Assembly (NCBI GenBank): GCA_021825295.1
Contig: JAKAHV010000003.1
Coordinates: forward strand, 22,150 to 86,149
DNA: 64,000 nucleotides
DNA from: Nitrospirota bacterium
Lineage (GTDB): Bacteria; Nitrospirota; Thermodesulfovibrionia; Thermodesulfovibrionales; JdFR-88
Reading direction: 5' to 3'
A model generated the notes under the pieces. It was not told where the DNA came from. It searched no databases and saw only the letters and a program-made list of their open reading frames with translations. The position numbers and the translations under genes were made by a program. Shown here one piece after another: positions 47,194 through 56,924 of this stretch; position 1 is the first letter of the stretch, and each line of letters opens with the position of its first letter.

Positions 47194-47245
47194 GCGGAAA
47201 AAAGTGCCGGAAAATACAAAAAAGTACGCTCCTCCGGGCATGCGG

Positions 47246-48280
47246 CTATTCGTACTTCACCCGGCCCGCGCCCTTCACGGCGCTGCCTATGACGGAGGAC
47301 TCATAACCCGCCTTCCGCAGGACCGAGACGGCCTTTTTCGCCTCTTCCGCCGGGGTTACGGCCACAAAGCCTATGCCCATGTTGAAGGCCTTCTTCATCT
47401 CCTCTTTCGAGATGCCGCCCGCCTCGCGGATGAGTCCAAAAATCGGAGGGGCGGTCCAGGCGCCTTCATCTACAAGGGCGTCTATCCTCCGGGGCAGTAT
47501 CCTGTTGAGGTTCCCCGGTATGCCGCCTCCCGTTATGTGCGCCATCCCCTTTACGGTCACCCTGTTTTTCCTCAGGGCCTGAAATGCCTTTACATATATC
47601 CTGGTCGGCTCAAGCAGCTCCGCGCCGAGACTCCGCCCGGCCAGAACGCGCGGCCGCGAGGCAAGCGAATAGCGGGCGGCCTCAAGAAGCGCCTTTCTTG
47701 CCAGCGAATAGCCGTTTGAGTGCAGCCCCGAGGAGGCAAGCCCTACCAGGGCGTCGCCGGGCCGGATGGAAGAGCCGTCTATTATGGCCTCTTTTTCAAC
47801 CACGCCCACGGCAAAGCCCGCCAGGTCGTATTCCCCCTCCCCGTAAAACTCAGGCATCTCGGCCGTCTCGCCGCCAACCAGGGCGCAGCCCGCCTCCTCG
47901 CATCCCCTCGCGATTCCCCCGATCACCATGGCGGCCTTCCTTGCCGCGAGCTTCCCCGTCGCGAAATAGTCCAGGAAAAAGAGCGGCTCGGCCCCGCAGG
48001 TGAGGATGTCGTTTACGCACATGGCCACAAGATCGATGCCGACCGTGTCGTGTCTGCCGGTCATGAAGGCGATCTTCAGCTTCGTGCCAACCCCGTCCGT
48101 GCCGCTTACGAGGACGGGGCGTTTGTATCTTTTCGCGTCCAGCTCGAAGAGCGCGCCAAAAAGGCCGATACCCTTCAGGACTTCCCTTCTTTTCGTCCTG
48201 CCGGCCATGGGGGCTATAAGCTCCACAAGCTTCTCGCCCTCTCTTATGTCGACGCCCGCCTTTTTATATGTCAAACCCAT
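47246..48280 (-). CDS. purM: Phosphoribosylformylglycinamidine cyclo-ligase
   Basis: [51 protein letters not shown]. Confidence 0.97.
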   Translation of the reverse strand: MGLTYKKAGVDIREGEKLVELIAPMAGRTKRREVLKGIGLFGALFELDAKRYKRPVLVSGTDGVGTKLKIAFMTGRHDTVGIDLVAMCVNDILTCGAEPLFFLDYFATGKLAARKAAMVIGGIARGCEEAGCALVGGETAEMPEFYGEGEYDLAGFAVGVVEKEAIIDGSSIRPGDALVGLASSGLHSNGYSLARKALLEAARYSLASRPRVLAGRSLGAELLEPTRIYVKAFQALRKNRVTVKGMAHITGGGIPGNLNRILPRRIDALVDEGAWTAPPIFGLIREAGGISKEEMKKAFNMGIGFVAVTPAEEAKKAVSVLRKAGYESSVIGSAVKGAGRVKYE

Positions 48281-48360
48281 AAGAAACACCTTCCCCCTTT
48301 TGAAGAAACCCCGCCTTCAGCATGAAGCCATTTGGAAATCCATTAATGATACAATTAATC

Positions 48361-49131
48361 ATGAAAAAAATAATACTCGTCACAAATGACGACGGCGTCC
48401 ATTCCCCCGGCATAAAGGCCCTTTTCAGGGCGATGGAGCCAATCGGGGACGCGTACATGGTGGCGCCGGACAGGGAGCGCTCGGCCGTAAGCCATGCCCT
48501 TACTCTTCACAGGCCCCTGAAGGTGGAAAAGCTTGGGTCAAATGTCTGGAGCGTAAACGGCACCCCCACGGACTGTGTCGCCCTCGGGATAGAAAAGCTC
48601 CTTCCCCGAAGGCCGGACCTCATAGTGTCCGGCATTAACAGGGGGGGCAATCTGGGCGACGACATCACATATTCCGGGACCGTCTCGGCGGCAATAGAGG
48701 GGACTATTTTCGGGATAGCTTCCCTCGCCTTTTCCCTGCTGTCAGATGGCCCCCCGGACTCGAAACTCGACTATGGCACCGCCGCGCACCTGGCCCTGCA
48801 GGTCGCCCGGTTCACTCTTGAAAACGGACTGCCCTACGATACCCTTCTTAACGTGAATATCCCCAATGCCGCTATAAAAGGGGTACGGTTCACCAGGCAG
48901 TCCAAACGGATATATCACGGGGCCATACACGAGACCAAATCCCCGTGGGGAGAGGTCCACTACTGGATTGGAGGGGGCAAACCCTTCTGGGAGCGCGGAG
49001 ACGATACGGACATGGATGCCGTAATGGAGGGTTATGTATCGATAACCCCGATACACCTGGATTTCACAAACAACGCCGCGATGGACTGGCTAAAAAGGAA
49101 ATGGGGCGGGGACGGGTTTTCAGTTGGATGA
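48361..49131 (+). CDS. surE: 5'/3'-nucleotidase SurE
   Basis: ILVTNDDG, GTPTDCV, SGINRG.N, YSGTVSAA; start placed at ATG 48361. Confidence 0.96.
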   Translation: MKKIILVTNDDGVHSPGIKALFRAMEPIGDAYMVAPDRERSAVSHALTLHRPLKVEKLGSNVWSVNGTPTDCVALGIEKLLPRRPDLIVSGINRGGNLGDDITYSGTVSAAIEGTIFGIASLAFSLLSDGPPDSKLDYGTAAHLALQVARFTLENGLPYDTLLNVNIPNAAIKGVRFTRQSKRIYHGAIHETKSPWGEVHYWIGGGKPFWERGDDTDMDAVMEGYVSITPIHLDFTNNAAMDWLKRKWGGDGFSVG

Positions 49132-49771
49132 GTTCGTAGAGTTGCGCCGCCGGATGGTCGACATTCAGCTCATCGCGAGGGGGATAACGGATGAGAGGGT
49201 GCTCGATGCCATGGCCAGGGTCCCGAGGCACCTTTTCATGACCCCGGAGTATGCGGGCATGGCCTACAGCGATATGGCCCTGCCTGCGGGGGAGGAGCAG
49301 ACGGTCTCTCAGCCGTACATGGTTGCGGTAATGACCGAGGTGCTGGGTCTGAAAGGGGACGAGAGGGTCCTTGAGGTGGGCACGGGCTCCGGTTACCAGA
49401 CCGCGGTCCTCGCCGAGCTGGCCGGGGAGGTCTACACAATCGAATACCGCCCGAAACTGGCCGCGGCGGCAAAACGGAGGCTGGATGAGCTTGGTTACGC
49501 CAACATAAGGTTCATGACCGGAGACGGCTCCCTTGGATGGCCGGAGGCAGCCCCCTTCCAGGGCATCCTTGTGACCGCCGGCGCCCCGGCCGTGCCGCCT
49601 CCGCTGGTGGAGCAGCTCGATGAGGGCGGCATTATGGCCATCCCCATAGGGCCCAGGGACTCCCAGAGGCTGCTGAGGGCAAAAAAACAGCGCGGGCGGC
49701 TCATCGAGGAATATCACACCTTCTGCGTCTTCGTCCCCCTCCTGGGAGAGTACGGCTGGCACGATGCCTGA
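49124..49771 (+). CDS. pcm: Protein-L-isoaspartate O-methyltransferase
   Basis: VPRHLF, QTVSQP, VLEVGTGSGYQTA, GDGSLGW, FVPL; follows surE. Confidence 0.96.
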   Translation: MDEFVELRRRMVDIQLIARGITDERVLDAMARVPRHLFMTPEYAGMAYSDMALPAGEEQTVSQPYMVAVMTEVLGLKGDERVLEVGTGSGYQTAVLAELAGEVYTIEYRPKLAAAAKRRLDELGYANIRFMTGDGSLGWPEAAPFQGILVTAGAPAVPPPLVEQLDEGGIMAIPIGPRDSQRLLRAKKQRGRLIEEYHTFCVFVPLLGEYGWHDA

Positions 49772-49890
49772 GGGGTAAAAGGGCCCGTTACATTTGACAC
49801 CCCACGCTTTTTTATATAGCATTTTGTTGAGGACAGAGTAAAAAACCCTGGATTTTTTCCCAAGGACGCATCACGTCAGGGAGGTGCCGG

Positions 49891-50082
49891 ATGATAACCA
49901 TCGAAATCGACGAGGAGGAGAAAGGGATACTCAGGCACGCGCTGGAGATATACCTTTCGGATTTAAGGGAGGAGATTTACAAGACCGAAAGCCACGAGAC
50001 GAAACCCCCGCTCAAAAAAGAGGAAACGATAATCAAGGGGCTTCTGAGGAAGATCGAAGCCGTCAAGGAGGCGGGAGTGTAG
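49891..50082 (+). CDS. Small hypothetical protein (63 aa)
   Basis: SD GGGAGG and upstream TTGACA; charged helical sequence (YLSDLREEIYKTE). Confidence 0.7.
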   Translation: MITIEIDEEEKGILRHALEIYLSDLREEIYKTESHETKPPLKKEETIIKGLLRKIEAVKEAGV

Positions 50083-50088
50083 GGGAAA

Positions 50089-50871
50089 TCAGGGGTTCGA
50101 AAGCTGCAGCCTCGAGACGGAAGACGCCCTTCCGTCTTTTTCGTTTATCTCAACCAGCAGGGCCGACAGCAGCGCCCCGCCTGCGGGGATTTCAAACCTT
50201 GTGGGCATCTGGGTGAGGAACTTGCCCACTATCTGCTCCTTTTTTACCCCTATGACCGATTCGGCGGGTCCAGTCATCCCGGCGTCCGTGATGTACGCCG
50301 TGCCGCCTGGCAGTATCTTTTCATCGGCGGTCTGGACATGGGTATGCGTCCCGATGACCGCGCTGACCTTGCCGTCAAGGAAGTAGCCCAGCGCGGTCTT
50401 CTCGGATGTGGCCTCGGCATGAAAATCCACGATGATACTGGCTGTGCGCTGCCTGAGCCGTTTCGCCTCATCCAGGGCGGCCCGGAAGGGACAGTCTATG
50501 GCCGGCATGAATACACGCCCCTGAAGATTGATCACGGCCAGGACGCCCGCGCCCGGCACCTCCGCCACGACGCTGCCGAAGCCTGGCACGCCGGGCGGAA
50601 AGTTAAGCGGCCTGAGCAGCCTGTCGTCTTTCGTGATAAAGGGGATTATCTCTTTCTTGTCCCAGATATGGTTGCCGCTGGTGATGATGTTTATGCCGGA
50701 GGCGAACAGCTCGGAGGCGGAGGACTCGGTTATTCCGAAACCGCCGGCGGCGTTCTCCCCGTTTGCGATGACGAAATCGACTTTATATCTTTCGATTATA
50801 CGGGGCAGAAGGGCCCTCACCGCAGTCCGGCCCGGCTTGCCGACGATGTCTCCGATGAAAAGGACCTTCAC
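50089..50871 (-). CDS. ymdB: YmdB/TIGR00282 metallophosphoesterase
   Basis: GDIVG, NGEN, TSGNH, DFHAEATSEK, GTHTH; directly downstream of rny. Confidence 0.95.
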   Translation of the reverse strand: MKVLFIGDIVGKPGRTAVRALLPRIIERYKVDFVIANGENAAGGFGITESSASELFASGINIITSGNHIWDKKEIIPFITKDDRLLRPLNFPPGVPGFGSVVAEVPGAGVLAVINLQGRVFMPAIDCPFRAALDEAKRLRQRTASIIVDFHAEATSEKTALGYFLDGKVSAVIGTHTHVQTADEKILPGGTAYITDAGMTGPAESVIGVKKEQIVGKFLTQMPTRFEIPAGGALLSALLVEINEKDGRASSVSRLQLSNP

Positions 50872-50889
50872 GGTTTCGCTGAGCTGAGG

Positions 50890-52437
50890 CTATTTGGCGT
50901 AGTCAACGAACCTGTTTTCCCGGATGACGGTCACCTTTATCTGGCCTGGATAAGTCATCTCGGCCTCAATCCTCTTGGCCAGGTCCTTTGAGAGCATCCA
51001 CGAGGCTTCGTCCGTAACCTCCTCGGGCTTTACTATTATGCGGACCTCACGGCCCGCCTGAATGGCGTAGCACTTCTCCACGCCCTTGTAAGACATGGCC
51101 AGGTCTTCAAGCTTGGCCAGCCTCTTCAGGTAATTTTCTATACTCTCGCTCCTCACACCCGGCCTCGCGGCAGAGATGGCGTCCGCGGCGGCAACGAGCG
51201 CGGCCTCCACCGTCTTCACCTCGCCGTCATGGTGGGTGAGTATCGCGTCCACCACGATCTGGGGTTCACCGTATTTCCTGGCCAGGTTGGCGCCTATTTC
51301 GGGGTGCGGGCCCTCGACCTCATGGTCCACGGCCTTGCCAAGGTCGTGCAGGAGCCCGGCCCTTTTGGCGATCTTTACATCGACGCCCAGCTCGGAGGCC
51401 ATGATGCCGGAGAAATACGCCACTTCCCTTGAATGCTGAAGCACGTTCTGGCCGTATGAGGTCCTGTACCTGAGCCTGCCTATCAGTTTTATCACCTCCG
51501 GGTTCATGCCGGAGAGACCAAGCTCGAAGACCGCCTTTTCCCCTTCTTCCCGGATGGTGTTTTCCACTTCCTTCCGGCAGCGTTCGACAATCTCCTCGAT
51601 CCTGGCGGGATGTATACGGCCGTCGGCGATCAGCCTCTCCAGGGCAAGCCTGGCAACTTCTCTCCTGACTGGGTTGAAAGTGGAGAGGGTTATGAGCTCC
51701 GGCGTGTCATCGACTATAAGATCAACCCCCGTGGCCGCCTCGAGGGCGCGGATGTTCCTGCCCTCGCGCCCGATTATCCGGCCTTTCATGTCGTCGCTGG
51801 GCAGGCTCACGGCGGAGACGGTCGCATCGGCCACATATTCCCCCGAATACCGCTGCACCGCCAGCCCGATGATCTCCTTTGCCTTCTTCTCGGCGCCCTC
51901 GCGCGCCTCGTCCTCTACCTGTTTTGCTAGCTTCGCGGACTCAAAGCGGGCGTCTTCCTCCACCTTCCTTAAAAGCTCCGCCCTGGCCTCCTCGGCGCTG
52001 AGCCCCGCCAGCCTCTCCAGAAAACTCTTCTGCTGGCCGATAACCTCATCGAGCTGCTTTTCCTTGCCCTGAAGCCCTCGTTCCCTGGCCGCAAAATCCT
52101 TCTCTCTGCGGGAAAACTCACGTTCCCTGTGCTCCTGGTGGTCCAGCTTCCTTTCGAGGGTCTCCTCTCTGGCCCTGAGCCTTTTCTCCTGGTGCAGGAG
52201 CTCTCCTCGCTTTTCCTTGATTTCCTTCTCCGCTTCGGTGCGCGCCTGGTAAAGTATGCCCTTGGCCTCGTACGACGCGTCCTTTTTTATCCTTTCGGCA
52301 GTGCTCTGGGCTTCCGCGGCGAGGGCTTCGGCTTCGCGCCTCATACTCTCCCATTTGTTCTTGAGACTGAATCTGTAAACAAGGCCGACGGCAACGCCCA
52401 CGGCAGCAGCAATTACAACATAGAGCGCCTGGATCAT
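50890..52437 (-). CDS. rny: Ribonuclease Y
   Basis: N-terminal TM, coiled coil, KH domain ([13 protein letters not shown]), HD domain (LLHDLGK), AIQAGRE; SD GGAGGGAG before ATG 52437. Confidence 0.97.
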   Translation of the reverse strand: MIQALYVVIAAAVGVAVGLVYRFSLKNKWESMRREAEALAAEAQSTAERIKKDASYEAKGILYQARTEAEKEIKEKRGELLHQEKRLRAREETLERKLDHQEHREREFSRREKDFAARERGLQGKEKQLDEVIGQQKSFLERLAGLSAEEARAELLRKVEEDARFESAKLAKQVEDEAREGAEKKAKEIIGLAVQRYSGEYVADATVSAVSLPSDDMKGRIIGREGRNIRALEAATGVDLIVDDTPELITLSTFNPVRREVARLALERLIADGRIHPARIEEIVERCRKEVENTIREEGEKAVFELGLSGMNPEVIKLIGRLRYRTSYGQNVLQHSREVAYFSGIMASELGVDVKIAKRAGLLHDLGKAVDHEVEGPHPEIGANLARKYGEPQIVVDAILTHHDGEVKTVEAALVAAADAISAARPGVRSESIENYLKRLAKLEDLAMSYKGVEKCYAIQAGREVRIIVKPEEVTDEASWMLSKDLAKRIEAEMTYPGQIKVTVIRENRFVDYAK

Positions 52438-52630
52438 CTGAAACTCCCTCCTCTCCTTTATGTGCATAGGGAGGCGGACGAAGTTCTATGGGACGGGTTT
52501 CTGCCCTTCAGCTCTCAGCCCGAAGGCCCGGGGAGATATCCGAAGGGGATCTATATTTTGCTTTAAAATTCAAAATTTTCTTACCTTTCCCCTTTATGCT
52601 GAAGGCGGTTTCGCCAGCGCCATAGAATAA

Positions 52631-52809
52631 GACCCACCCTGCCGTGCAAGCGAAAGCGTTAGATCCACTTGTTCCAAGTGGGTGCCCAAAGGGGGACATC
52701 AGGCTATCTTCAACTGGGAAGACATGCACACCGTACCCCCTTATCCAGCTCCCTAAAGATCTAACTTGGTGGATTAACATCATCCCTTGTCACGCGCAGG
52801 GCAGGCTCC
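52631..52809 (-). ncRNA. ssrS: 6S RNA
   Basis: About 180-nt rod with closing stem CCTGCCCTGCGCGTG / CACGGCAGGGTGGG and central AGGGAGC...CACCCAC; sits upstream of rny, a known 6S position. Confidence 0.8.
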
Positions 52810-52929
52810 AATTTTGTCCGACCCCTTTATCCTTTTATAGCAGAAAATAACGTTTTTTGGCAATCAAAATTGATTGGGGGCGCGGGCGGCGCGTTGTTTT
52901 TAATTGCTTGTTTATGTTAATTTCTCTGA

Positions 52930-53478
52930 ATGGTAAAAAATGACCGCTGGATAAAGGAAATGGCGATGAAGGGCATGATAGAGCCCTTCGCCGACAGGAT
53001 GCTGGTGAAGACGGGGATATCATTCGGCCTGGGCTCATACGGCTACGACATGAGACTTTCCGAGGATTTCAAGCTCCTGAAACCCGGCAACGGGGCCGTA
53101 CTGGACCCCAAAAACTGCGATGCCGCATATTTCGAGGCGATAAAAGGCCCCAGTTGCGTCATTCCGTCCGGCTCTTTCGTCCTTGGCCGTTCGCTCGAAT
53201 ATTTCAGGCTGCCCAGGGACATAATCGTCTTAAGCACCGGGAAATCGACCTACGCCAGATGCGGGGTCATAGTAAACGTCACACCGCTTGAGCCCGAGTG
53301 GCAGGGATACGTGACAATCTGTGTCGCCAACACCGGGCCGTTGCCGGTGAAAATCTACGCTGGAGAGGGGATATCCCAGCTGGTCTTTCTCGGCGCAAGC
53401 GAGGCCTGCCAGGTCTCCTACGCGGACAAAGCTGGGAAATACCAGGCCCAAAAAGAGATAACCCACTCAAGGACATAG
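52930..53478 (+). CDS. dcd: dCTP deaminase
   Basis: ISFGLGSYGYD, GKSTYARCG, TPLEPEW, YADKAGKYQ. Confidence 0.95.
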   Translation: MVKNDRWIKEMAMKGMIEPFADRMLVKTGISFGLGSYGYDMRLSEDFKLLKPGNGAVLDPKNCDAAYFEAIKGPSCVIPSGSFVLGRSLEYFRLPRDIIVLSTGKSTYARCGVIVNVTPLEPEWQGYVTICVANTGPLPVKIYAGEGISQLVFLGASEACQVSYADKAGKYQAQKEITHSRT

Positions 53479-53544
53479 GATGCCCGTTTGCGGCAGGACC
53501 GCCGTTGACTGTCTGCGCGCAGACAGGGGCATCACCCGGTAAGC

Positions 53545-55092
53545 ATGATCAGGGAAGCGGTTTCACTCACCAAGGCGGCGTTCCTGGAAGAAATCGAAAA
53601 GGCAGCGGGGGCCGTGCCGCCTCTCCATCTGAAAATCCCCTATGCCAGCCCGCATGAGCTCTATCCCGCCTTTCCCGGGCGGGGCAGTCTGCTTTTTGAA
53701 AGCGTAAAAGGTCCGGAAAACATAGCGAGGCATTCCTTCATAATCTTCGAGCCTTACGCCTGCCTGGTGGTGAAAGACGGGCTTGTGGAGGTCGAATGGG
53801 GCGGCAAGCGGGCCATATCCTCGAAAAAAGATCCGCTTGGAAGGCTCGAAGAGCTGATGGGCGCATATAACCAAAAGCCCGCGGCCGGGCTTCCGCCGTT
53901 TCAGGGAGGCGCGGCCGGGCTTATCTGCTACGACTTCGCCAGGTACCTTGAAACGTTCCCCGATAATGGCCCCCCCGACGAACTCGGCCTGCCCGATGCC
54001 TGTTTTTTCATGGCCGACCGCCTGCTCGCCTTCGACCATGTCCGGAGGGAGGCATGGATCGTGGTCTGCCCCGGGGCAAGGCATGCAGCTTTCGCCCTGG
54101 GTTACGGCGGCGCGCCTGTCCCGGATTGGGCCGAAAGCTATGATGAGGCCGTGGAGCAACTGGGACGCATCCTGGAGCGGACGGCCCGGCGCACCCAAAG
54201 CCCCGCCCCCCTGGCCGGAGGCGCAATAAACATAGAGCATGAGATGAGTGAAAGCCGGTACGTTCAGATGGTCGGCAGGGCAAAGGAATACATAGCCGCG
54301 GGCGATATATTCCAGGCAAACCTTTCACTGCGTGTGCGCGCGCAGATCGGGCGGACGGACCCATGGGGGGTATACTGCCTGCTCAGGGAAATAAACCCCT
54401 CCCCTTTCGCGGCCTTCATGGATTTCGGGGATTTCTTCGTAGCCGGATCCTCCCCGGAGAGGCTGGTAAAGCTGGCCGGCGGCGTGGTCGAAACCAGGCC
54501 GATAGCCGGGACAAGGCCAAGGGGCAAAGACGCACGGGAGGACCTCGCCCTCAGGTCGGAACTGCTCCTCAATGAAAAGGAGAAGGCCGAGCACATAATG
54601 CTGATCGACCTCGAAAGAAACGACATGGGCAGGGTGGCCGGATACGGCAGCATCGAGGTAAACGAGCTCATGACAACGGAGGATTATTCGCACGTCATGC
54701 ACATCGTGTCGAACATAAGGGGCAGGCTCGCCGGCGGCAGGGGGATGTTCGACTGCCTGCGCGCGACTTTTCCGGGCGGCACGATAACGGGCGTGCCAAA
54801 GGTGCGGTGCATGGAGATCATAAACGAGCTTGAACCGGCAAGGAGGGGGCCCTACACGGGCTCGGCCGGATATTTCGGCTTCTCAGGCGCAATGGACATG
54901 AACATAGTGATAAGGACATTCCTCATCAAAAACGGCATGGCATATGCCCAGGCCGGGGCCGGCATCGTGGCGGACTCCGTCGCTGAAAGGGAATACAGGG
55001 AAAGCATGAAAAAGGCAGAGGCCCTGCTCATGGCGCTCAAAATGGCCGGCGGAGGCGGCAGGGGGCGGAAAACGGACCGCATTCGCCAATGA
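53545..55092 (+). CDS. Chorismate-binding anthranilate synthase component I / PabB family protein
   Basis: LFES, GDIFQANLS, SSPE, TRPIAGTRPR, EHIMLIDLERND, PGGTITGVPK, RTF. Confidence 0.88.
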   Translation: MIREAVSLTKAAFLEEIEKAAGAVPPLHLKIPYASPHELYPAFPGRGSLLFESVKGPENIARHSFIIFEPYACLVVKDGLVEVEWGGKRAISSKKDPLGRLEELMGAYNQKPAAGLPPFQGGAAGLICYDFARYLETFPDNGPPDELGLPDACFFMADRLLAFDHVRREAWIVVCPGARHAAFALGYGGAPVPDWAESYDEAVEQLGRILERTARRTQSPAPLAGGAINIEHEMSESRYVQMVGRAKEYIAAGDIFQANLSLRVRAQIGRTDPWGVYCLLREINPSPFAAFMDFGDFFVAGSSPERLVKLAGGVVETRPIAGTRPRGKDAREDLALRSELLLNEKEKAEHIMLIDLERNDMGRVAGYGSIEVNELMTTEDYSHVMHIVSNIRGRLAGGRGMFDCLRATFPGGTITGVPKVRCMEIINELEPARRGPYTGSAGYFGFSGAMDMNIVIRTFLIKNGMAYAQAGAGIVADSVAEREYRESMKKAEALLMALKMAGGGGRGRKTDRIRQ

Positions 55093-55119
55093 ACGGGTTA
55101 TTTTGGATATAATAGGTCG

Positions 55120-56043
55120 ATGAAAAAGGCCTTTATTGCCGTCTTTCTGCTGGCCATGCTGGCGCCGCCCTGCGCGGCCTGGGCCGGCAACACGGTAGGG
55201 GTCATACTGACGAGGGGGAACCCCTTGTATGAGGACTCTTATAACGCCCTTGCCAAATATGTGTCCGGCCCCTCCCACGGTGGGATAAGATTCCTGTTGC
55301 TGAGACCCTACCCGGACCCCATATCCTGGAGCAACTCGGCAAGGAAACTTATAGCCGTCGACGTCAACGCGATAGTCACTTTCGGGGCGTCGGCCACCTT
55401 CGCGGCCCTCAGGGAAAACCCGGGGGTTCCGGTGATATACGCCGGCCTCACCAGGACGACCGCCGCAATGATAAAGGGGAAAAACGCCGCCGGGGTATAC
55501 AGTTCGCTTCCGCTTGCCAGCGTTATCCGGTATCTCAAGGATATCCGCGCAACCAGGACCCTCGGGATTCTTTACGACAGCAGGGAGGCGGACTCGGCGT
55601 ACGATACGGCGGAAATCGCCAGGGTCGCAAAAGAATACGGAATGAACCCTGTCAGGCTGAACCTCGTAAAGTCCGGAGAGGTCGCCTCGCTTCTTGCGGG
55701 CGCAAAGATAGACTCCCTTTACGTGACGGAATGCGCGACGGCCGGCTCCGCATACCAGTCGGTCCTCGGAGAGATGTGGCGCAGAAAGATACCCGTGGCC
55801 TCGCTTATCAGCAACCCACAGCAGCCGGCGCAGGCCCTTATAACACTTTCTCCCGATCCGCAGGAGCAGGGACAGATGGCCGGACAGCTTCTGCTTCAGG
55901 CCCTCGAGAGGTCTTCGGCGCGCGGCCTGGGGCCGCTTGAAAGCAGGCGCTTCTCATTGATCTATAATTACAGGCAGTCCGTGGTATTGGGCCTCAGGAT
56001 CTCCCTGGGCCTGGTCACGGAGGCAACCCGGGTGATTTACTGA
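55120..56043 (+). CDS. Periplasmic ABC-type substrate-binding protein (ABC_sub_bind-like)
   Basis: Signal peptide; PVIYAG, TLGILYD and EQGQMAG segments typical of COG2984-like binding proteins. Confidence 0.7.
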   Translation: MKKAFIAVFLLAMLAPPCAAWAGNTVGVILTRGNPLYEDSYNALAKYVSGPSHGGIRFLLLRPYPDPISWSNSARKLIAVDVNAIVTFGASATFAALRENPGVPVIYAGLTRTTAAMIKGKNAAGVYSSLPLASVIRYLKDIRATRTLGILYDSREADSAYDTAEIARVAKEYGMNPVRLNLVKSGEVASLLAGAKIDSLYVTECATAGSAYQSVLGEMWRRKIPVASLISNPQQPAQALITLSPDPQEQGQMAGQLLLQALERSSARGLGPLESRRFSLIYNYRQSVVLGLRISLGLVTEATRVIY

Positions 56044-56924
56044 TGTTGAGAAAGATAATGCTTGCGATCGTTCTGGTGCTGTCGGCGGCATCCATTGCCC
56101 GGGCGCAGGAGAAGGTAACGCTCCTTATAGGGCTTGTCCCGGAGGAGAATATATTCCGCATGATAGAAAAGCACCTGCCCCTCGCCGACTACATAGAGAA
56201 AAGGACCGGAATAAAAATCCAGTTCACGATACTCTCCCGCTATGGGGATATCATCGACCGCTTCACGAGCAGGAATATGGACGGGGCGTTCTTCGGCGCC
56301 TTCACCGGCCTGCTGGCCAACCGCAAACTGGGGGTCCAGCCGCTGGTCCGGCCTGTCGGACCCGACGGGCTCGTGTCGGCCCAGAGCATCGTCATTGTAA
56401 GGAAAGACAGCGGGATAAGGACGTTCTCCCAGTTGAGGGGCAAGCGGGCCGTCTTCGTCGACAAGGCGACGGCCACCGGTTTCATCTACCTGCTTTACCG
56501 CCTCAAACAGATAGGAGTCACCGATTACGCCAGGTTCTTTCCCCAGTACTACTTCACCGGCAACCACGAGGAGTCCATATACGCCGTCCTGGACGGCAGG
56601 GCGGATGTCGGGGTGGTCAAGAGCCGCTTCTTCGACAAGCTCTCCGCCAGGGACCCCCTGGTTTCCGAAAACCTCCTCGTCCTGGCAAAGTCAGGCAAAC
56701 TGCCCGACATCATCCTCTGCCTGAGGAAGAACATACCCGCGGCGATACGAAATGAACTCAAGAGTACCCTGATAAACATGAAGAACGACCCCGACGGGGT
56801 CAGGGTGCTGAAGACCCTGGGGTACTCGGGATTCGAGGAAGCCAACCTGGCCGATTTCGCCCCGGTCGCGGCCCTCACAAGGGACGCGGGCATAAACATA
56901 ATGAAGTATCAGTACACCAGATGA
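56043..56924 (+). CDS. Phosphate/phosphite/phosphonate (PhnD-like) substrate-binding protein
   Basis: Signal peptide; IVRKDSGI...LRGK..VFVDKATATG, GNHEESIYAVLDGRADVG. Confidence 0.85.
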   Translation: MLRKIMLAIVLVLSAASIARAQEKVTLLIGLVPEENIFRMIEKHLPLADYIEKRTGIKIQFTILSRYGDIIDRFTSRNMDGAFFGAFTGLLANRKLGVQPLVRPVGPDGLVSAQSIVIVRKDSGIRTFSQLRGKRAVFVDKATATGFIYLLYRLKQIGVTDYARFFPQYYFTGNHEESIYAVLDGRADVGVVKSRFFDKLSARDPLVSENLLVLAKSGKLPDIILCLRKNIPAAIRNELKSTLINMKNDPDGVRVLKTLGYSGFEEANLADFAPVAALTRDAGINIMKYQYTR